A DNA stretch of 64,000 bases, taken from assembly GCF_009914755.1 (NCBI RefSeq), contig NC_060929.1; one strand, 5' to 3'. The stretch's first letter is position 1. Every line of letters starts with the position of its first letter. A model generated the notes under the pieces. It was not told the origin of the DNA. It did no database searches and saw only the letters and a list, made by a program, of their open reading frames with translations. The stretch is from the human T2T-CHM13v2.0 reference genome, Homo sapiens. Position numbers and translations under genes: made by a program. Below are positions 42,721 to 55,545 of this stretch, in pieces.

Positions 42721-43776
42721 AAAAGTGAGAAAGAAGATTCTTGTTTATTCAGACTTGTTTTAATACAGACATTCCCAACTCTTGCTGCAATGTGTTCTTT
42801 ACAAGTATTATTTCAATATAATATTTCTGTAATCTGATAGAAGTAGTTTTATAATTGGTGAATGTATTTCTGATCAAAATCTTTACGTTGTGTAAATTCT
42901 GACTACGACCAACACATTCTCATAAATATGAAAATTTATGTTTTTAATTATTTAAATAGTAAGATTGTATGACATTTTCTGTTTTTAATTATTTAATAAG
43001 ATTGTATGACATCCACTGATATCATTGTTTTGGGGATCTTAATATCCCTAAAATATCTGGGTTATGATACATTCAATTTCAGAAAATATTGTTGACATTT
43101 GTAAATATTTTACCCTTTTTAAATTTAAATGTATTTGTGGATGTCATTTTATCTCACATCTCTTTTAAAAATGTAAGGAAGCTTGAATTGATGCCTTCTT
43201 TTTTTCTCTGCAGGTTTTACTGTAGCAGATAGGTATCAAAATGTAGTATTCCATTGATTTTTCTTTTTGTTTAAAAAAATACCATTGTAGCATTTAAGTA
43301 TTTGAAGGGTATCCTGGGGGGTTTCGAGCCAACATATTATACATCTGACTTTCCTTTTTTTTCATTCTTGCTTTTACACTGTCTATCAGAGGCAACTTTG
43401 AGAGGGATAAGAAGCCAAAAATATAAAATGAGTAGTTTAGCATCAAAGTAGGGAGAGAGGCAGACAGTCGAACTTCTTTGCCTTGGTGGCAAACAGTGGG
43501 TTGTGAATGGGGAGGGTGGCAGAGGACTTATGGTCTCAATGTGCATGTGTATTTGTGTGTAAATTTGTGTATCAGCCTCCAGACATAAAAAATTAATTGA
43601 TAAATCCACCTTTCCAGCTTTTTTTTTTTTTGAGAATTAAGAAATAACAGTACTATTGAACTCTGGTGCTACAAAAACAGAGTGAAAAGTAAAATATTGG
43701 TTGAAAATAGACAAAACAATCATAAGCATTATTTCAGTGAAAGGAGCTCCAGCTATATGGAATAATTGAGTAATAC

Positions 43777-43982
43777 AGATTGAGCATCCCAAATCCGAAA
43801 TTCAAAATGCTCCTTAAAATCTAAATCTTTTTGAGGGCCAACATGATACTCAAAGGAAATGCCCACTGGAACATTTCAGATTTTCAGATTTGGAATGCTC
43901 GACCAATCTGTAATGCAAATATTCCAAAATCTGAAACACTTCTGGTCCAAGTCATTTCATATAAGAGATACTACTCTATCTG
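43777..43982 (-). mobile_element. Tigger4a/MER46-like DNA transposon
   Basis: ta|cagattgagcatcccaaatccgaaa...tgcaaatattccaaaatctgaaacacttctggtcc...ctg|ta. Confidence 0.8.
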
Positions 43983-43992
43983 TACCTTAGAA

Positions 43993-44215
43993 CAGTGGTT
44001 GACAAATTTTTTTTATAACGGGCCAGATAATAAAATGTTAAGGTTTTGTGGGCCATACAGACTCTGCAGGCCATCACAACTCTGTCATTATAGCATGAAA
44101 GCAGCAATAGACAATATGTAAAGAAATTAGTGTGGTTGTTTTCCAATAAAACTTTATTCACAGAAACAGGCAATAGGCTGGATTGGGCTCAAGGCCATGG
44201 TTTGCAGACACTTAG
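43993..44215 (+). mobile_element. MER58A (hAT-Charlie)
   Basis: gggccagataataaaat...ttccaataaaactttatt; perfect 8-bp TSD ccttagaa (43985-43992, 44216-44223). Confidence 0.88.
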
Positions 44216-46349
44216 CCTTAGAATTTCAGTAATATCACCAAAATCACCGCCTTAAAAATGTAAGTCAAATAAATTTAGTTCCCTCATCGGTAATATGAAA
44301 AGGCTGAATTAGATTATCTCCAAAGTCCCTTCTAATGCAAACATTCTGAGTGTTTGTCAAAGTTGACTATGGCATCTCTCCTCGCAGTTTGCATCATGTC
44401 TGGCAAGAGTATAGCTGTTGTTTCTTGAACAAGCAACTTAAAAATACAGTGAAATGTACTCTTTTATTTTACAGAACTGTTATCATAACTGCTATTGGTT
44501 ATATTCTCAAAAATCACCTGCCAAGGAAAAATGCAAAAGGTTCGTGCTATTCTAGTGTTAGCAGAACATGACCATCGATGAACCTCATCTGAAAAGACTG
44601 ATGATATTTATTAGACCAAATTAGGAAACCCACACATTCAGCTCTGCATTTGGTCTAGCTGAAGTCTGTTACTTGGGTAGCAAGCTGTTCAGGAAGTACT
44701 TTTTTAAAGAAGGAAAAGGAATCAGGAAAGCCAGTATGTTTTTGGAGTCATTTTCTGTTTTTTAGTATTTAATCTTCCTCATCTTGCCCCACAAACCGAC
44801 CCAATTCTAGCTTATTACTGAGTCTTTTCAGACCTAATGTTTCAGTTTGTTTCTATGGTTTGTTCATGCTACAAGCCATCATCACCCCACTCAGCAACTA
44901 GAGCCCTCTCCTGGCTAATCTCCCTTTCTGTGCAGCCCATCTCTCATAAATATACCCTATATGTAGCAGCCAGTATCCTCTGCTTTAGTGTTTGCATCGG
45001 TCCTCTCCTCTTCAGGAACTTGTTTGGGTTTATATCCTATTGTATGAAATCTATTCTGTGTTTCATGGGGTGCAGTTTACATCAGCATTCATTGTCGTTT
45101 ATATTTGTCATATCGATTTTTCCCCGTCATTTCTGATGGGCTGGCTAACAGCCATAATTCTCATCACTGCTGGTTAAAAAGCAAAACATTTTAAAAATAA
45201 GAATTCTGAATAATGACATAAATGGACCCCCAAAATAGTTCTCTATGATTTAGTATTTGCCTTGATTACTAGCCTATTTTTTAACAAATAATTGAATGTA
45301 GCTAAACCAAACTTCTCAGGAAACAAATTGGTATCCTAAAAACAAGGGTAATTAATTATACATTTTATACATCACTGGGAAACTGATATATCTTAATTGA
45401 ATAAACTCTGAAGTTTGTTGAAGATAAATTAAGATCCCTATGATTCAATGACAAGAAGTCATTAGTGGCATTGCCCTGATGATCTCTTCTCTCCAATTAC
45501 AAATTATAAATTAATATTCTTGTTGCATAATAATCTCACTGAGTTTATGTTTAGTGTGATCGGTTCCTCTGAGCCCCATTAATACTGAAAGAACAGGTGA
45601 GATCAAATTTTCACAGCACAGAGTAGCAGAAATCTTTGAGAAACAGTTGTTGAAAATAATAGCCACCTATCATCTCATTAAAAGTTGGCTGCAAACAATA
45701 ATAAACACTTCTACTTGTTTCAGATATTTAATATATATATTTAATCCTCAAAGTGACCTTCTGATACAGATATTATCTTATCCGTTAGATATCTTCAAAT
45801 TGCTAATACAGAAGATGTATAAAAAACTCTATAGGCTTTATTCAGTTAATTGAAAAACTTAGAGGCAAGTCACACTACAGGCAGTATGTAATTTGGTGGC
45901 TCAGGCGTGTCACCAATGGCTAGTATCTTCACTCTTTTCTGCTTTCCGTGAATGCATCTTAGGATGCTTTCATCCTAAGGCTGCCAATCTTCACGATATT
46001 ATGTGATGTCATGTTTATGTCTGGTTGTACTTCTTTCCTGGCACTTCTCTCAAAAAATAGTTTCTTTCACTCTTCAAGCATCTTTGCCTCTCAGTGTTAT
46101 CTAATCTTCTTAAGATTTGTGCCTATTCCTGAACCAATCACTTGGGCAGGGGAAGAGATTTCATTGATTGGGCTAAGCCAGTCTAGGACCACCCTTATTA
46201 CTGAGGGTCAGGTTAAGTCAGGTTAATACCCTCCAAAATGGTAGAGGGGCAGTCTCATGAAGGAAATTGGGATGAATCAGGGAAAATAGATGTTATACAG
46301 CAAACACCAAGTCCCTACTACAACCCTTTCTCATTTGTTTTTTACAAAA

Positions 46350-46485
46350 TAACAACAACAATAATAGTAATAGTATAAATAGTAAATAGTATTTGTAACA
46401 GTATATAAATATATAATAAATATATAAATATAAATATATAATTATATAAAGTATAATAGTATAATAAATAGTAATAGTATTTATT
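46350..46485. repeat. AT-rich low-complexity repeat adjoining a MIR (about 46480-46690, minus strand)
   Basis: aatagtaatagtataaat... units; MIR-like tactgtgtgctaggcacatgc. Confidence 0.7.
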
Positions 46486-48707
46486 GTGTGTACTGTGTGC
46501 TAGGCACATGCTTGATACTTTAAATACATTTTAGTCTTCAAAGCCGTCTTGAGAAATAAATGGTATTAAATGTCTGTTTTCCAGAAGTTTAGAAAGATTA
46601 AACAGTTACCCAAAGCCGCATGGTTAATCAGACCTAGGTCAGTCTGACTTAAATGTCCATGTCTTTTCACCAAGTCATGCTATCTCCCTAGTAAACCATA
46701 AGCTGACTATTAAGAACATTGTAAGTATTGTCTTAGAAATTTATCATTATTATAGAATTCTAGGAAATAACCTATCCCATTTTGGTTTAATGTGCAACAT
46801 ACCCATACAGAAAAAAGTCTTGATAAGCAGAATTACAAAAGGGGTGTGAGTTATCTTTTTTTTGCCTACTTTGAGCACCAAGATCCTTATTGCAATGGTC
46901 AGGTAGGATACTGTATGCTATATGTATCCATATGCATATATACCTGTGTGCTGCATGTATGAATATTGCATATATCACAAATTCTAAGAGAGGTTTTTGT
47001 ATTGGCACTTAATGAAAATGACAAAAGAACAAGTTGAAAAGGACAGGCTCTGCCTTCTAAAATAACTTTACAGTGAACACTAAAGACTATGTCATCTGAT
47101 ATCAGCCTTCAGTTTGTCACTTAGTGGTGATAATCGAGTATTGTGGCTAAGGGAATATCTCTGGCCCAGTCTGAGTTATTTTCTGGGTGTCCTAACTTTA
47201 GTCCCATATTCTGCCTCCTGGGGAGTTTATTTCTTGCTTCAGGGTTCTTAATACTTGTACTTGCGGAAGGCTTGGGCTTTCAATAATGATTCATAATTAT
47301 TTAATTTTTATTGAGGTCCTTGCTTCCCTCTAGTTTTCTACAAGAAGCTGACTAGGCTTGTGGAATGGTGGAATTGTGTTCCTTTACTTAGTATTTGTAT
47401 ATCTGTGGCTTAAATAACTATAAATTGGAAATAAATTTAAAATTTACTTTCCTAGATTTAATGACTCGAAGCAAGAAATTGTTCTAAGGCAGAAATATTG
47501 TTGGATTAACTACAGAACAATCAGAAACCCCTTGTGTATCTTTGACTATGTTACAGTATTTGGAAAGAGTTGTCTATAGCTCTGCTTTCCTAGTACTTTA
47601 TTTTCTGGACATCACTTTTCATTCATTATTTAATGCTATTTAAGTGTAGTGTTTTTCTTTGTTTATTAATATATTATGTACTATTAAACAATATTTGGTA
47701 ATTTGTTGAATAATAGTTTATTTGTTAAATAATTTGTTGAATAACAAATGTGTGTTGGGAGTACAAAGTATTATATCAAGAAGTAAATTTTTAAAAGGCA
47801 GGAGGCAGATGATAAAGTGCTAACTGGAAAAAAAGTATCAGGATTCTACAGAACAACACTGGGGTTATGTCATATGCTGCTTTTAAATCAAATTGCAGAA
47901 AAGATCATTTCATTTAAAAGTTAGTCTGTAGCTCAGACAGAATACTATGTGGTTTCAAAAGCAGAAGGGTACACGTTTTCTAAAGCAGTTACATATATCT
48001 AACAAAAGAATTAATATGTGAATATTGGTTCAAGTAATAGCTTGAACTAAATATTAATTTCAAGTCTATTTTAATAGGCATTTTAGTACCTATTAAAGTT
48101 GATAAATTAGTGGAATTTTACTTTTCACTATTGAAATCAGGTTTTGTTCCGATTTTTAAGTAAAGCTTGATAGAAACTATTTCAGTCATCATCCTGGTAA
48201 TTTAATATATTTGGTATTCTCTTAAAAATAACAGGAAAAAATTGACACCGTTAAGTTTATGTTTAAAGCATATAGCTTATTTGATTTTGTTAATGGCTCA
48301 CCTAAATTTGTATAATACTTAATCTGTGAATAAGAGAAAAGGTTAGAAAAGAAGAGGATATTTAAAGGAGAGTTAGGCAGATGTTTATTTTCTAGGTATT
48401 CTCATTAAGGAAAAAGCCACTAAGTCTTCACCTCTATAGCTTTTCTACTTAAGAAAGCATAGATCCCTGGTGAAGAAAGTAAAAGAAAAAAATAGTCTAG
48501 AAATGGCAAATAAAATGCTAATCTCTCTTTTAAAATTCTGGCTTAATATCTGGGGGCCTAATAGAGAAAGTGGGAAAGATTGTTTTTAGAGAACGTATAT
48601 TTTAATATACTTTAACTCTTTTTTTAATAGTGCAATAAACTATAAAGTAACTAAAAAGAAAAATAAGCCAAAGCTTTGAATGTTAAGAGTGAATGCAAAG
48701 TTTATGG

Positions 48708-49220
48708 TTGCATTAGTCAGTATGGTAGTCACTGACCATATGAGGCTCTTGAGCTCTTAAAATGTGGCTAGTGCTTCTAAAAAACTGAATTTTAATTTCA
48801 TTTCATTTTAATTGATTTAAATTAAAATACTGATATTGATTCAGTAATTGGAAAATTTTAAGCATATTTGGAACATCTTGGGTATGTGAATCTACTTTTC
48901 AGCTGTAAATTTAATGAAATCTAAATATAGATCAGATATTTCAGATGAAATTTACATCTAAATTGAGATGTATCATAAATGTAGAGTAAATATATTTCAA
49001 AGAGTGTGATTTTAAAATGTAAAATATCTCAACTAAAATTTTCATATTGACATATGTTGATATGTTTTGGATATGTTAGATTCAAGAAAACTATATTATT
49101 AAAATAAATTGCACGGTTTAAAAAAACTTTTTAAATATTTTTAAAAATTTTTTAAAAATGTGGCTACTAGTAAACTTCAAATTACTACTTAGCTCATGTT
49201 ATGTATGTCTTGGACCATAA
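48708..49220. mobile_element. Charlie1b/MER33-like hAT element
   Basis: aaatgtggctagtg; ttgggtatgtgaatctacttttcagctgtaaatttaatgaaatctaaatatagatca; aaatgtggctactag...ttggac. Confidence 0.75.
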
Positions 49221-49840
49221 AGGTTTAAGAAGGTTTTCTAAGACTTCACTGGAATTTATTTGATACATAAAAATACATTCTGGGTCAGTGAGTAAATCAG
49301 GCCAAAATCATAGCATTTTTCTTTTTCTCTCTGTCCGGACACTGCTATCAGTTATGTTGGTGTGAATAGTCTAATTTTTTAAGCAATCACTGAATCTAAT
49401 AGCTAATCCATATAATTTACTTTTTTGTAATTAGCTTTTATAATTTACTTTTTACATACTCATATTTGACTCATAATAATATAGTTTTCATGTGGTATTA
49501 GAGAAAAGCAAATTCTATAGATTTTAGTGAAGCAAATTGGTAAAAACAGTGATAAAGGAAAAAGTATGATTTTTGTATATTATTATGACCTGGATAATGT
49601 ACAATATGAAACACTTAAAGTACTTAAACGGTATCTAGAAGAGATTATGGTGTCTGTTTTCTAATATGTTGTGTTCTTTTCATGTTTTCTGTTATCCTCA
49701 CGTCAAACAAATTGGGCAAAAAGCATGGCCAAATGTGTAATGCATTTTGCTCTGTCAAATATTCCTAATAGATCCAAATAGATGATAAATGTGACTTTCA
49801 TCATAACTTTGTCTCATTGTTCATCTATCAATTCCTCTAG

Positions 49841-49964
49841 GAGGTGATTTCCTCACCTTTCTGAGAAGGAAGAAGGATGAACTAAAACTCAAACAGTTAG
49901 TGAAATTTTCATTAGACGCTGCTGCTGGTATGTTGTATCTCGAGAGTAAAAACTGTATACACAG
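49841..49964 (+). CDS. FER: Internal coding exon (124 bp) of FER non-receptor tyrosine kinase, kinase domain up to the HR of the HRD motif (probably exon 17)
   Basis: Acceptor attcctctag|GAG and donor ACAG|gtaagg; phase 1 in, phase 2 out. Translates (G)[40 protein letters not shown](R), matching the recalled FER protein. Exon number is from memory. Confidence 0.96.
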
Positions 49965-52900
49965 GTAAGGAGAACATTTTTAAAGCAATTTTTGGTTTTA
50001 TTAATAGAATGCTGGAAAACTGATGTATTTGCTACAATAGAAGTCATTTTCTTTCATGAAACATGTCTTTTCTTGTTTTCTGTATTTTGTGTGAAAGTGT
50101 CCTCTGCTAGTTGTTTATATAGTTTATACAAACACTCCTTTTTCCTCTTACTTGAAGTGAGTACCTAATTAGACAGTCATTTGCCTACTAGTTAGAATTT
50201 GTTTTATTATAATCATGAACAACGGTGACATGGAATGTACTACAATTTAGTAATATAAGAAACTACAGCCTTATAATCAGATAAGATTGTTTCATGTGTT
50301 GTCTATTCTCATTTTCCAAAGAAATTACATATGAAGTCATGGAAAAGCATAATAGTAAAACAGCAATTCATAACAGTGAATTTGGTCAAGGGTAAAAGAT
50401 TTTCAGACTCATTTAATGCTCTTTTGGACAAATTAATTTTTCTTTCATTTTAGTACCTCACTAATTCATGGCATCGTATTGAGAAAATAAATACTAGTTA
50501 TTTCAAAGGAGATTTTATGAAACTTGTTCTGATTGTATGTAGTGACCTGGTCTTAATGCTTTATACATTGTGGTTTTAGTTGCTTGTAGCGGGAATTGTT
50601 TTTTAGTGCTAAATGTCAGTACAATTTATGATCTGTTGCAGAATTCATGTCAGATCCTAAATATGGCTAAGTATAAATAAGCACAATGAAGTGGAGAACT
50701 GATGCAGTTTTTATGCACCAGAAACTGTGCATAATACTGTTTAATGTGGAGCAAGGTTCATTGCTAGAGTGAGCTGTTGTACACTTTATCTAACTGGTTT
50801 TGTTACTGAAGTATACTTTTCTCTGAGGGGAATCATTGTCCAGGCTTTGCTTTAACACTCTAGTGAGGTTGTATAATATATAATTAAAGGAAAACAAAGT
50901 TACCATCACCTTAACTATACATTTATTTGATCTCAATAGATATTTTTGACTTAATTTCCCCATGCTCACCCCAAATTTTACTCAGTGTTCAGCTTTATTC
51001 TGAAACTATAATTATGACCTGTATTTTAAATATGGTTCAACAATTGCATATATTTTAAAATTCATTTCTATGGAGATATTTCTTTTGGAAATTAACTAAA
51101 AATAAGACATTATCATTGCATTTCTGTTTTACTTTCTATGACTGTAGATTGAATCACATGATAAGAATTGACTTAAAAAGCATTTGATTCTGGATAAAAA
51201 TTGTACTACCATTAATTTCATTAGTGGTCAACACTGTGTTAAAATTAACCATAAAGGTTTTGCTCTTCATTTGGAGAAAATCTGTAATTTTGGTTGCCGA
51301 GGTATTGAGGTGCTTCAAATTCTCTCTGGTAATTACTCCTTTTGTCTCTGATTTATTTCATACCATTAGACCGCCTGTGGGCTTTAAACTGTAATAAATA
51401 CACATTATTGAAACTTTTTTTAATTTGTCAGTTACCATGACTCTTCTTTAATTTCTGGGACATTGCATTTGAGAGGACCATTGTTTCAATCTCTTGCTAC
51501 TTTTTGTAGTGATTATTTTCTTAAAAAATGGGTCACTGTATAAATGCCTATGTCATGAGAATTGAAACTATTCTACATTGTAGATGGCAGTTAGCTTTTT
51601 TGAATTCATTTCCCTCTCTAAATCATAATATTATCTGCTGTAATGTTGTTTTTCCCACTTTGCTTTTTAAGAATTTTCATGCCTTCACAAATTTTTGAAA
51701 GTTAACCCTTTCTTGACCACATATCCTAGCAGGTTGTGCATAGACCTATGCCATTTGCCTACTGGGAAGGTTTCCCAGTTGAACATCTTGAACAATGTCA
51801 GTGAGAGCGGGTTTGACAAATAGGTTTCAACACTAGCGCCAACTTTTAGTGAATGGTAGTGGCTCTCCCTGTATATGTTGAGAAGAATTCTAGGAACAGC
51901 CATAAAGAGTCCAGTGATCAATTAGTCACATCTGCCAGGGTACTCACGAGTATTAACACACACGCCCCAAATTTGTCATCCTTGGCATAGAATATCTTCT
52001 TTTTGTTTTTATTCTCATAAATACTTTTCTGACATTTAAAAATGTTTGTTATGACTTTTCCTTACTAGCAACAATATAATGTTTTTCTTTAATCACTTTC
52101 ATTTAATTCTTCTAAACTATCTGGTTTCTTATTTCCTTTGTTAATCTTGAGTGCTAGATGAATTTTATGATATCTCCCAACTAGTGGTCCTTTGTTCCTC
52201 TTCAGACTCATTAAATGCTCTTTTGGATACATTGTTTTTTTCATTTTAGTACTTCACCAATTCATACTATTGTATTGATAAAATAAATTATTCTTTGTGT
52301 TGAGTTTTTTTATAGTAGTGAATTGTGCTGTAGAACCCTGTTCCTATGTGCCAGCCTACATAGTTCTTTCTTTGGAAATAGTAGTTGCAATAGAATTTTA
52401 CTTGATGTAGAGTTAAGACATAGATTATGTGTTTTTGCTCCTAAGAAATATGAAAGAAAAAAAATATAGGATTTACTACAGTGAACAGTTTTTTCCTCAC
52501 TGAAAAAATTTTTAATGAATTAAAATAATGTAAAACATGATTGAAAGTTCCCTTTAGTTTTTCAGGTAATGAGGAAAGGTTCTAAGTCTCATTTTTATAT
52601 GCCAAAACATAACAAAAATAAATGCATGTCTATGAATTACAAAGCCAAGCTTTGTGTCCAGCAAATTCTAGCAAAAATTTTAAATCTTCTTTAAATTTTA
52701 TATGAATTTACAAATTTTATCCTGTTCACTGACGGGAGGTCACTAGAACTCAGTATATAGTTGAAAATATTTCCAATTGTCTCTTCCCAAAATAGTGTTT
52801 TTAACTTTTAAGGACACATATTCTTTCTTTAGCTTTGTTTTATTGTTTTGATATGAGAAGAGCAGTGTTTCATTATAGGAAAACAATTATGACAACTATA

Positions 52901-53669
52901 AAATGGAAAGAGGTTACTGCATTAAGAAATGACCTGCATTTGGAAGTGTTCTTGTTGTAATTTCCATTTAACTTCCAGAAGAGTTCTCTTGCTACAAGTT
53001 TCTAGTGGAAACTATTTCTGTTTACAGCTTGAGGATTGCTGTATAGTTGGAATTTTGGGTTAGTTTTAATCAACGGCATTTTATTTAAAACTATTCTGTA
53101 GGCCAGTGTGAAATTTTCTTTCCTACTTGTACTTTATGAACTGTTTGAAATACACTGATAAACTTTGTGGTGTGTGTATGTTTACTTACAAAGGTATGTT
53201 ACTAGATTGTTAGATGTCATCTGTAAAGAATACTCTGATTTTGAAGTTAAGGGGAGTCAGGATTGACATACTTGATATTAATGGTAATGGCATTCATTTA
53301 TGGTTTTATTCTTGATGAATCCTACTGCCAAATTTGTTTTTATTCAGGTTTATTTCTAAAAGTTGGCTTTGTGCCATTGTTCTTTGATATCTTCAGAAAG
53401 TAAAAGGAGGACACACTTTTTATTGCCATATACTTGAGTGAAAGCCCACAATTTATGGGGAGTTTGGGGAACATTTCTTAATTTCGTATGTCATTGTCAA
53501 TATCAGAAAAGATATATTTTGGAGGGGTTAGGTAGAATATGATTTCTTTTTCTAATTTTCAACTCTATACTGATTCTCTTCATGTTTGGTTGCTCTAACA
53601 CAGTGATTTTTGTTTATCATGGAGTAAGCTAACAACTTTACAAATTAAAGTATATTAGACCACATTTAT

Positions 53670-54060
53670 TTTATTAATCAGTCAGAGTTTTGCTTATGCA
53701 TTGAAGACATTGATATTTCCAGTGTTTCACAAATGTGGGCAGTTGACTACTCTATGCCAGGGGCTACCAAAATGAAGATTATAGTCACTGCCCTCAGATG
53801 GATAGAACAAAAGTTAACAATAATGCAAAGAGATAGTCAATTTTGTGATAAAATCTACAGAATTCTTTGGGAGTAATATCAAGAGAGTCTAATATGACCT
53901 GTCAGTATGGGGACGATGATGGGAATAATCAGGGAAACTTTGCAGAGGATACCCTCTGAGTGAGACTTGGTGGATGGGTGTGTCACTGAATAGAAGGAGT
54001 AAGAAGATTCCAACTGAAGGAAAATTGAAAGCAAAGTTACAATGCTTTGTAAGAGAGAGC
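53670..54060 (-). mobile_element. L2 fragment
   Basis: gactactctatgccagg; tagtcactgccctcag; aatcagggaaactttgcagagga. Confidence 0.55.
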
Positions 54061-54179
54061 TTGACTTAATTGTGGACATTTTGTTGAACGAATATGAATT
54101 TTAACTGAAAAAAGAAAACTAATTTGAACAAAATTTACAAAACCCTAAAAAATGTATAATCTCATGAAAATGTATATGA

Positions 54180-54487
<308 letters not shown>

Positions 54488-54673
54488 AAGACTAATATTA
54501 TTTTTAAGCTTCATTGGGAAAACTAATTTAGGAAGGCTAAGATTGCCAGGAAGAGAGTAATATTATATTTCATTTATATATTCTAGAAGAGATTGCCTTG
54601 TCCAGTGATTTCTAATAAGGATTACCTATGTGTACTTTTTTAGTTAAATGTAAGATACTGCTTCCAGCTTATA

Positions 54674-54675
<2 letters not shown>

Positions 54676-54723
<48 letters not shown>
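54676..54723. repeat. (TG)24 microsatellite
   Basis: Pure run, counted directly. Confidence 0.97.
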
Positions 54724-54727
<4 letters not shown>

Positions 54728-55189
54728 GAGACTTCATATTTTATTAAGTAAAAGATTTGGTATGCTTCTGACCATTTACATTTTTCCCGATGATCTTTGA
54801 GGATTTATTTCTCTATTTTTGTACTGAAAATGATTACCTAGTGTCTGAGCTTTTCCTAAACTGTGAGTATACTGAAAAAGTATTTTGTCCTTGGTGCACC
54901 TTCAAATCATTTAAATGGTAAAATAAAGACAAAATAAATAAAAATAAAATAAAATGTTTTCTGTGACGTTTTGAACCCTTCATCATTTCTGTCACTCGTG
55001 ATCTACCATATACTCAATTGAAGGCACTGTAAGACCACTTTAAGTAACTGAGACCCAGAGAGATTAAAGGAAGGTCACCTAAACAATTAGTGGCTGGGCC
55101 ACTGCTAGGTCCTAAATGTGCTGACTCCATTCTGACACATTTCCTGTAATTCCAGTGCCAGTGTTTTGCTCTGTCTCATTCAAGTATTA

Positions 55190-55545
55190 GTAACCCTAAC
55201 AGCTGGCATTTATTAAGGGCTCACTGAGTACTAGACACAGTTCTTCTAAGTGCTTTAGATGCAATGTCTGAGAATGTCAGCTTCCTGAGATCAGTGATTT
55301 TTATTCATATCGTTCACTAATGGATTCCAAAAGCCTGGAACAGTGCCTAGCAATTGAAGCTAAATGAATGAACCTTCAAAACAATAGCGGTACTATTGTT
55401 TAAGCCCGTTTTACACATGAGGAAACTCACAGTTAGGGAGTTTGAGTATCGTGCCCAAGATCATATTAAAAACAAGTGGTAGTTTCAGGATGTGAATCTC
55501 AGCACTCTGGTTCTAAGGCCACACACTGAATCTACTCTACTGCCT
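55190..55545 (-). mobile_element. MIR interrupted by a + strand L2 3' end (about 55270-55372)
   Basis: gcatttattaagggctcactgagtactagacacag...ccgttttacacatgaggaaactcacag; L2 part agcctggaacagtgcctagc...aatgaatgaa. Confidence 0.65.
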
